NCBI GenBank assembly: GCA_037147375.1 | Contig: JBAWVI010000022.1 | Span: 1-12,392 of the forward strand | Source of the DNA: an archaeon | Lineage (GTDB): Archaea; Iainarchaeota; Iainarchaeia; Iainarchaeales; CSSED10-239 | Reading direction: 5' to 3' | DNA: 12,392 nucleotides | Shown: positions 5,928 through 12,392 of the stretch, one piece after another | Numbering within the stretch: position 1 is the first letter of the stretch | Layout: every line of letters starts with the position of its first letter | Position numbers and translations under genes: made by a program | The notes under the pieces: model-generated | The model's input: the letters and a program-made list of their open reading frames with translations, nothing else | Databases searched by the model: none | Told to the model about the DNA's origin: nothing

Positions 5928-7259
5928 ATGTGTTTAAAAAAAATAAGTTTATTTTTTAAGAAAAGAGCATTTTATCTATTTGTATTTATATTAATTATTT
6001 TATTTATTTTATTTGTGAGAAGTTTAAATATATATGTACTTTTAATAATATTTGGATTCTTATTTTACTTTTTAATATTATCCATAATAATTGCAAAGAA
6101 ATACCCAACAATTTCAAATTCAAAGCAATTTCCAAAGAAAGCACCAAAAGTAGCTGTAGTTACTTATGCATTTAATAATTTCCAACCAATTCTTTTAACT
6201 GTTGAAAGACTAAAACAATTAGAATATCCAATCCCATTTACTGTTTACGTTATCACGGATGGAACTTGTAAATTTCTTGATAAAGTTCCTGGTGTGAAAC
6301 AAATTATTCTTCCTAAAAAATACTTTCTTAAATCAGATATTAATCTTAAGTCGAGAATAATAAATAAGGGCTTGAAGTATATAAAAGAAGAAAATGTGTT
6401 TCAAGTAGATGGGGACACTATTCCAAATAAGGATGTTTTAATGAAACTAACAGGAACACTTAGGGATAATGTTGTTATGGCTATTGGTTCAGTTGGAGTA
6501 ACAAACACAAATAATTTTATTGAAAAAGTACAAGTTGTGGAATATAATTTTGGATTTGGATTTCCAAGAATGGTTATGACTGCAATGAATTCTTTAGATA
6601 TTGGAACTGGTGCATTATGTCTATATAAGAAAAAAATATTTGATGAAGTGGGAGGATATGATGTAAATAATATTACAGAAGATAAGGAAATTGTATATAA
6701 ATTCATTGAACATGGATATAGAGCTGAATTTGTTGTTGATGCTAAAGCAAAAACAATAGTTCCTAGTACTATAAAAGGTTTTTATATTCAAAGAGTTAGA
6801 TGGTTTAGAGGAGGATATGATGTAACCAATAAATATGCACATTTTTTGTTTAAGAAAAATCTTGGGTTCTTTTCATTCTTCTTTATATATACTACAGCAG
6901 CCATGATTTTAGGTATGTTATTTGTTTCAAAAACAATTTATGATTTCGTTAGTAATTTTATAATAAATGGATATTATTATATTTCTAATTTTATAAACTA
7001 TGGTTTTTCATTTACTGATTTATTAAATATCAAAATTTCATTTGTACCATTTATGAATTCATTATTATTATTAGCTTTAATTTCAATTACTGTTGCACTT
7101 TATTTTATTATTATTTCATTTAAATATAATGATTTTAAATTAGAAAGAAAATATATAATTCCATTATTCTATATGATTTTCGTACATGGTTTTATATTAC
7201 TTTTGATAAGTATTATTAGTATAATCTATGGTGTATTCGGAGTGAAATATAAATGGTAA
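5928..7259 (+). CDS. Membrane-embedded processive family-2 glycosyltransferase (cellulose/chitin/PNAG-synthase-like)
   Basis: N-terminal TM helices are followed by a GT-A core with VYVITDG, QVDGDT (DxD), GTGALCLYKK, ITEDKE (TED) and QRVRWFRG (Q-x-x-R-W). Several C-terminal TM helices follow. Confidence 0.85.
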   Translation: MCLKKISLFFKKRAFYLFVFILIILFILFVRSLNIYVLLIIFGFLFYFLILSIIIAKKYPTISNSKQFPKKAPKVAVVTYAFNNFQPILLTVERLKQLEYPIPFTVYVITDGTCKFLDKVPGVKQIILPKKYFLKSDINLKSRIINKGLKYIKEENVFQVDGDTIPNKDVLMKLTGTLRDNVVMAIGSVGVTNTNNFIEKVQVVEYNFGFGFPRMVMTAMNSLDIGTGALCLYKKKIFDEVGGYDVNNITEDKEIVYKFIEHGYRAEFVVDAKAKTIVPSTIKGFYIQRVRWFRGGYDVTNKYAHFLFKKNLGFFSFFFIYTTAAMILGMLFVSKTIYDFVSNFIINGYYYISNFINYGFSFTDLLNIKISFVPFMNSLLLLALISITVALYFIIISFKYNDFKLERKYIIPLFYMIFVHGFILLLISIISIIYGVFGVKYKW

Positions 7260-7921
7260 AATATATTACTGCAAATGTTTTTCTAACTGCATTTTTGATA
7301 TTATTAATTGTATTAATGATTGCATTTTTTGGAGTTATGGCTTATGATAATTATAAAAAAAGTGGTTATGAAGAAGATATAAAGTTATTAAATCAACAAA
7401 TGGTTCTTGATGATTTATTTATGGTTTATGTTGCTGATTCAAACAATACAGCGGAGAAATGTGATATTCTTGAAAAGCAATATAATGCGCAATATAATCT
7501 TAATAGACAATTATTAAGTAGACTTAGACAAATAAATGAAAATGCATTAGTTCCGACAAGCAACTATATAAAATATATGTATGTATTAACTAATGTTAAA
7601 TTATGGATGTACCATAAAAAATTAAATATTGATTGTGATAAAAATAAAACATTAATATTATATTTTTATTCTGAAACAATTAGACAAGGAAAACTAGATA
7701 GAATAAAAGATGAACAGTTAAATAATCTATTTGAAGACACATTAAATAATTTATCAGATAGATGTAATAATGTAAATGTATTTGTTTTACCTTACAATAA
7801 AGAAATAATTATTTTAAATCAAATAATTTCAGATTATAATGTAAATAATTATCCTGCAATTGTTATTGATAAAAATGTATATTATAATGTATCACCTCTA
7901 AAAGATTTTAATTGCGAGTAA
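7253..7921 (+). CDS. Hypothetical membrane-anchored extracytoplasmic protein with 4 Cys; possible thioredoxin-like fold without CxxC
   Basis: The ATG at 7253 overlaps the GT2 stop by 7 nt and is preceded by GGAGTGA at a 7-nt spacing. The N-terminal TM helix is VFLTAFLILLIVLMIAFFGVMA. The rest has no family I can name with confidence. Confidence 0.6.
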   Translation: MVKYITANVFLTAFLILLIVLMIAFFGVMAYDNYKKSGYEEDIKLLNQQMVLDDLFMVYVADSNNTAEKCDILEKQYNAQYNLNRQLLSRLRQINENALVPTSNYIKYMYVLTNVKLWMYHKKLNIDCDKNKTLILYFYSETIRQGKLDRIKDEQLNNLFEDTLNNLSDRCNNVNVFVLPYNKEIIILNQIISDYNVNNYPAIVIDKNVYYNVSPLKDFNCE

Positions 7922-7938
7922 TATAATGGAGAATAATT

Positions 7939-8709
7939 ATGGCAACACAAGCGACCCACATACACTTTGTTAAGGAAGAATACTATAAACATCCAAATCT
8001 TTTCGCGAAAGTGGATTTACCTAACGCCTATTTTGGATCTATCCTAGCTGATGTGTATTATGTTAAATTATATGGTAGAAAGAAAGCTAATTTTGGTGTT
8101 GCTCTGCATACAAAAGATTTTGGATTATATTTAGCAAAAAAATTATTTGCTGAAGCTCACAATAATAAAGAAAGATCTTTTGCAATCGGTTTTGTATCTC
8201 ATTTCATACTTGATAAATATATTCATGGTTATTTAATGGAAGTTGGTATGTTTAGTAGGGTTGAACATATGGCTATTGAGTTTTTTTTAGAAGCAGAAGT
8301 TGCTCGTGAAAGAAACAATATGAAAATAAGACGCTATCCAAAAGCTTTATTTAAAAGAACTTTAAAAAGAGATTACCCACACGTTTATAAAATATACAAA
8401 GACGAATTACATGTTTATTTTCCAAAGCTTATAATGTATAAATTTGCAAATGATGTTATATTTAGATACATGTTAACAAGTAAATATCTTCATAGTCATC
8501 CACAAAAGAATATATTCCTTGATTTATTTTTGAGGATCTGCTATTATTTACCACTAAAAGCATATGATTACAGAATAAATACATTAATTTATCCAAGTCA
8601 TCATTTAAAGGAAAAATATCTTGGGGAAATGAAAAAAAGATATCATCTTGCTCAAATTGAATTCCATGAGTTCATGAAAGATTTACCAAAATCAAATCCA
8701 ATCTTTTAG
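7939..8709 (+). CDS. Putative metal-dependent hydrolase, zinc-dependent phospholipase C-like family
   Basis: N-terminal ATHIHF, then GSILADVYY, then GFVSHFILDKYIHGY. These match the H...(P)D...H..D..H ligand pattern of the short 'zinc dependent phospholipase C family' proteins. A GGAG SD lies 7 nt upstream. Confidence 0.5.
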   Translation: MATQATHIHFVKEEYYKHPNLFAKVDLPNAYFGSILADVYYVKLYGRKKANFGVALHTKDFGLYLAKKLFAEAHNNKERSFAIGFVSHFILDKYIHGYLMEVGMFSRVEHMAIEFFLEAEVARERNNMKIRRYPKALFKRTLKRDYPHVYKIYKDELHVYFPKLIMYKFANDVIFRYMLTSKYLHSHPQKNIFLDLFLRICYYLPLKAYDYRINTLIYPSHHLKEKYLGEMKKRYHLAQIEFHEFMKDLPKSNPIF

Positions 8710-8747
8710 ATTGATACTATTTTTGTTAATTAATATAGTTTTTTAAA

Positions 8748-10040
8748 TTATATTAATTTAACTTTTGGAATAATTCCAAATGAATATAATCCATTTCCAT
8801 AAAATCTTTGCTCTTTTGAGAAATAAATGTCTTTAAATGAATTTATTAGATTACCAGTAAATCTTAAATCTGTAATTGTATCCTTGAATTCACCATTAAC
8901 TATTTCTTTTCCAGCTCCAATAACTAATGAAAAGTCTCCAGTTGTGATTTTATTTGTGTGCATTCCTAAAAGAGAATAAATTAATATTCCCTTCTTGGTT
9001 CTTGAGATAATATCTTCTATACTTTCGCTTCCAGGAAGTTGAATAAGATTTGTGTGATTACAAGAAATAGTGCTTCCTACTCTAAACCCATTTCCTGTGA
9101 TTTTTTTATTATATTTTATTGCATTGTATTGATCATAAATTGGTGTGTGAAATGTGCCAGCATCAAATATTGTTTTCTTCTCAGTTCTAAATCCTTCATC
9201 ATCAATTGAACAAGAACCCATAAAATCATCAATGTGTGGTTCTTCATTGATTGTTAGATTTTCAGAGAAAACCTTCTTTCCAACAAATGAGTGAAGATAA
9301 GATTCATTTTTTTCAATAACTTCCCCAATTGTTCCTGGTATGATTAATCCAGAAAGTATATCATTAAATACATCTGGAGTGAAAATTAAAGTATATTCTC
9401 CTTTTTCTCCAACCTTTGGATTTAATAAAATATTTGCATCATGTTTTGCTTGATTAAATGTTCTTGTAATGTCTATATCTTCTGCTTTTGTAAATATATC
9501 AGAATAAGAACCACTTGATTGTTTTTTGTCTTTTGTAACTACATTTACTCCAAGATTAATCATTGATCTCTCTTCTTCCTTTTTTGTATAAGGATTAATA
9601 TAAAACTCATAATTTTCAATTTTGTTTAATCCCCCTTCATAAGAAGAAATATATTTTTCTTTTTTAAGTTCGTTCTTAATTTTTGGAATAAAGTTTGTAA
9701 AATCAATATTTCTAATTTCTTTATCGAAATTTATGTGTGTGTTTGATTTAGCATGCCCAAAATCATTAATTTTAATATCATTCTTTAATTTTGCAATTAT
9801 TTTTGCTTTATTAATTCCTTTTCTTATATTCTTTTCATTAATTTCAGTAATTGTATAAAATCCAATTTGTACATTAACTATTACTCTAATATAAAGAACT
9901 GCACTTTCAATATTTGTTCCTTTTGTAACATCAAATTTTTCAAAAGTTATGCTTACTTTCTTTCCAGAAGAATATATAAATTCAACTTTTTCTTCCTTTG
10001 AAATTTTTTCACATAAATTATATACTTCTTCTTTATTCAT
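8748..10040 (-). CDS. pmbA: PmbA/TldE-family metallopeptidase partner subunit (no HExxxH)
   Basis: The PmbA_TldD-type C-terminal region is present (GNGFRVGS..., TTGDFSLVIGAGKEIVNGEF). The protein has no HExxxH and sits directly downstream of tldD. The track's start at 10055 is a TTG. I prefer the ATG at 10040-10038, which is preceded by GGTGGA and overlaps the tldD stop (ATGAATAA). Confidence 0.85.
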   Translation of the reverse strand: MNKEEVYNLCEKISKEEKVEFIYSSGKKVSITFEKFDVTKGTNIESAVLYIRVIVNVQIGFYTITEINEKNIRKGINKAKIIAKLKNDIKINDFGHAKSNTHINFDKEIRNIDFTNFIPKIKNELKKEKYISSYEGGLNKIENYEFYINPYTKKEEERSMINLGVNVVTKDKKQSSGSYSDIFTKAEDIDITRTFNQAKHDANILLNPKVGEKGEYTLIFTPDVFNDILSGLIIPGTIGEVIEKNESYLHSFVGKKVFSENLTINEEPHIDDFMGSCSIDDEGFRTEKKTIFDAGTFHTPIYDQYNAIKYNKKITGNGFRVGSTISCNHTNLIQLPGSESIEDIISRTKKGILIYSLLGMHTNKITTGDFSLVIGAGKEIVNGEFKDTITDLRFTGNLINSFKDIYFSKEQRFYGNGLYSFGIIPKVKLI

Positions 10041-11445
10041 GATTTGTTCCACCAACTATAACATTATCTATTTTTAAAAATGGGCCACCATCTCCAACAT
10101 ATGCGGTCTGATTTGCTTTTCCACAAAAACCAGAACCTTCTAAATGTTGTATATTTCCAATCTTTGTTATATTATTTAAGTATGTTAATATATTTCCTGA
10201 GATTGATGCTTGTTTAAATGTACCAATAATCTTTCCTTTATCATACTTTATAGCTTGCTTTATACCAAACATAAAGGTTCCAATTGATGGATCAACCATT
10301 CCTCCAGCAAATCCTTTAAGATAATATCCACTAAAATCAGTTAGCATATCTTTGTGTTTATCCTTTCCAGGTAGAAAAAAAGTATTACTCATTCTTACAA
10401 TTGGCATGCTTGAAAAACTTTCGGCTCTTGCAGAACCATTTGATTTTTCATTTTCTATTGTTGCAGTTTCAATGTTTGTCATGTAATCATTAACAACTCC
10501 ATTTTTAATTAAAGTTGTTTTATTTGCTCTTATTCCTTCATCATCATAAACCATGTGACCAAATCCATTACTTGTAGGATCATCAACAATTGTGATATCT
10601 TTATTTTTAGTTAAAATCATTCCTTTTTTCTTTAAAACAGTAGCATTTACTAATTTTGCATCAGCTTCACAAGGATGACCTATAGCTTCATGAGCAAGAA
10701 GTCCAACAACTTCTGGGTCAAGCACAATATTAGCCTTAATTGCATTACATGGTTTTGAGATTAATAATTCTCCAAGAATACTTTTATTTTCAGAAAGTAG
10801 TTCATTCTTTTTTTCAAAGGTAATAGCATCAAGTCCACCTTTTTTGCAGAATCTATTTAAATTTGTTTCAATAATTTCATTCTTTTTTCCAGTCATAAAT
10901 GAATACATCATTATGTACGGTTCATCTTGATAAATATAACTCCAAGGATTTACAAAATATTTTTCAGTATAATCTTCCTTATATCTTATTTCTGATTCAA
11001 GTAGTTTATAATCTTGATTATTCTTTGTGATTATTTCATTATTTATTTTAACTAGTTCATTTACCTTGCTTTCAAGAGAAGAATCTTCAAAACTTTTGTG
11101 CTTGTATTTAATGGTTGCTTTGTTTGCAGCAAAGTTTTGCATATCTGTTTTTTTAGTTAACTTCTCTGTTGCTCTTATGCACTCATCAATAATTAATTTG
11201 TAATTATCAAGATTAGTTGTTGAACAAAAACCAAGCTTCTTATTTTTATATATTCTAATTCCAATTCCTGTAATTTCAGTATCTCCAATTGCTCTTACCT
11301 TATTATTATCAATTACAATTCCTGTTTTCTTGCTTTTTTCAAGACGTATGTCATAATAATCTAGATCTTTTCTTTCAAGATAGTTTTTTATATTTTCAAG
11401 TATAGATTCAATTTCTGTTTTTTTAAAATTAGATTTAGCTTTCAT
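10033..11445 (-). CDS. tldD: TldD-family zinc metallopeptidase
   Basis: The catalytic motif LLAHEAIGHPCEAD (HExxxH) is present. So are the C-terminal GxC and glycine-rich blocks (GSGFCGK, GGMVDPSIGTFMFG) typical of TldD. It is paired with a PmbA-like gene. Confidence 0.9.
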   Translation of the reverse strand: MKAKSNFKKTEIESILENIKNYLERKDLDYYDIRLEKSKKTGIVIDNNKVRAIGDTEITGIGIRIYKNKKLGFCSTTNLDNYKLIIDECIRATEKLTKKTDMQNFAANKATIKYKHKSFEDSSLESKVNELVKINNEIITKNNQDYKLLESEIRYKEDYTEKYFVNPWSYIYQDEPYIMMYSFMTGKKNEIIETNLNRFCKKGGLDAITFEKKNELLSENKSILGELLISKPCNAIKANIVLDPEVVGLLAHEAIGHPCEADAKLVNATVLKKKGMILTKNKDITIVDDPTSNGFGHMVYDDEGIRANKTTLIKNGVVNDYMTNIETATIENEKSNGSARAESFSSMPIVRMSNTFFLPGKDKHKDMLTDFSGYYLKGFAGGMVDPSIGTFMFGIKQAIKYDKGKIIGTFKQASISGNILTYLNNITKIGNIQHLEGSGFCGKANQTAYVGDGGPFLKIDNVIVGGTNHE

Positions 11446-11503
11446 ACAATATATATGTTAAGAAATCTTTTTAAACTAAATATACTATATATATCTTATA
11501 TTC

Positions 11504-11511
11504 TATATAAA
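11504..11511 (+). promoter_or_regulatory. Candidate TATA box for the GtrA-family gene (divergent intergenic region 11446-11540)
   Basis: TATATAAA is centred about 33 nt upstream of the ATG at 11541, implying a very short leader. AT-rich background. Confidence 0.3.
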
Positions 11512-11540
11512 TTCTAAAATTATAACAGTAAGGCAAAAAA

Positions 11541-12062
11541 ATGACACTAAAAGAACAAGAATCTAAAAAAAATAATTATAGATTCACAAAATCATTATTA
11601 ATTAAAAAAAGAACATCTTTTTTACATAAAATTTATTATAGTTTAGTTTCAATTCCACTTATTTATAAATATAAAACTAAACTTAAATATGTGTCTTTAG
11701 GGTTTTTTGGAGAAATTGTTGATTTCTTATTATTATTTATATTAACTTCTTTCTTAAATGTTTATTACCTTTTATCAACCATAATTGCATATGTTGCTGG
11801 CATGTTTGTTAATTTTAATTTACATAAAAATTATACATTTAAATATAATACAACTAATCTATGGAAAAATCTGTTTTCATTTTTTAAATATACAATGATT
11901 TCTATAACTGGATTAGTAGTTACAGTAATTTTAATGGGTGTTTTTGTTGAATTTATTGGCATGCATTATCTTCTTGCAAAATTAGTTGCTGGTATGATTG
12001 CATTTTCTATAAACTATTATGGTCATTCATATATCCTTTCTCATCAAAGATTTTTAAATTAA
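11541..12062 (+). CDS. GtrA-family membrane protein (polysaccharide/lipid-linked sugar translocation-associated)
   Basis: Four TM helices show the GtrA pattern: LKYVSLGFFGEIVDFLLLFIL..., YVAGMFVNFNLHKNYTF, and a C-terminal KLVAGMIAFSINYYGHSY. There is an extra basic N-terminal extension of about 45 aa. Confidence 0.8.
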   Translation: MTLKEQESKKNNYRFTKSLLIKKRTSFLHKIYYSLVSIPLIYKYKTKLKYVSLGFFGEIVDFLLLFILTSFLNVYYLLSTIIAYVAGMFVNFNLHKNYTFKYNTTNLWKNLFSFFKYTMISITGLVVTVILMGVFVEFIGMHYLLAKLVAGMIAFSINYYGHSYILSHQRFLN

Positions 12063-12123
12063 GTAAATAAATAACCAAACCCAATGTTTTTAATTATTTA
12101 TATATACAATATTATTGATAATT

Positions 12124-12392
12124 ATGACTGATTTATTAAAAGAAGATATTGGATATCTAGTTTTAATCTCAAAAGAGATAAACGGAAAGAAGATTGAACA
12201 TAAAGGTTATGTTGTTGATGTGTCTAAAGATGTTATAAAACTCAAACTTTTAGATAATGGATATAATATAGATGTTTCAGTTGATGGTAATACAATAATT
12301 CAAAAGTTTCCAGAAAAAATAAACCTTGGTTCAATTCCTATTATTAAGCTTAAAGAAAATAAAGATCTTCCTTCTATTACATATATTGGAAC
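12124..12392 (+). CDS. Hypothetical protein, N-terminal part (runs off the window; not in the ORF track)
   Basis: An ATG at 12124 is followed by 89 sense codons with no stop to the window end (MTDLLKEDIGYLVLISKEINGKKIEHKGYVVDVSKDVIKLKLLDNGYNIDVSVDG...PSITYIG). The composition is similar to neighbouring genes. I do not recognise a family. Confidence 0.5.
   Translation, partial: MTDLLKEDIGYLVLISKEINGKKIEHKGYVVDVSKDVIKLKLLDNGYNIDVSVDGNTIIQKFPEKINLGSIPIIKLKENKDLPSITYIG

Noticed and set aside
6401-6842. Two antisense ORFs (101 aa and 73 aa) inside the GT2 gene.
   Set aside because: They are shadow ORFs opposite the frame containing DxD, TED and QxxRW.

Overview
This is an AT-rich, tightly packed window of archaeal type. 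The archaeal markers are an Alba chromatin protein, a geranylgeranyl-reductase-family lipid enzyme, a TldD/PmbA pair, GGAG/GGTG Shine-Dalgarno-like motifs, 4-8 nt gene overlaps and oligo-T tracts after genes. The proteins are divergent, which suggests a small-genome, DPANN-like or otherwise AT-rich archaeon (inference only). I support 13 protein-coding genes. On the + strand: a 5'-truncated surface protein, a GGR-family flavoprotein, Alba, a DUF378 membrane protein missing from the ORF track, a DHH/DHHA2 phosphoesterase, a processive GT2 synthase, a membrane-anchored unknown, a PLC-like metal hydrolase, a GtrA-family protein and a 3'-truncated unknown. On the - strand: a 487-aa PolB-like protein, PmbA/TldE and TldD. 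No rRNA, tRNA, CRISPR array or recognisable mobile element was seen. Two adjacent items deserve a second look. The first is the 487-aa ORF (3148-4611, -), which reads as a family-B DNA polymerase that has lost its exonuclease domain and its motif-C catalytic aspartates. The second is a conspicuous G+C-rich, helix-rich island of about 210 bp (4651-4864) filling the divergent intergenic region between that gene and the DHH phosphoesterase gene. I interpret the island as a structured RNA of unassigned class, with the strand only tentatively +. All homology statements rest on motif recognition by eye and remembered family signatures, not on searches.
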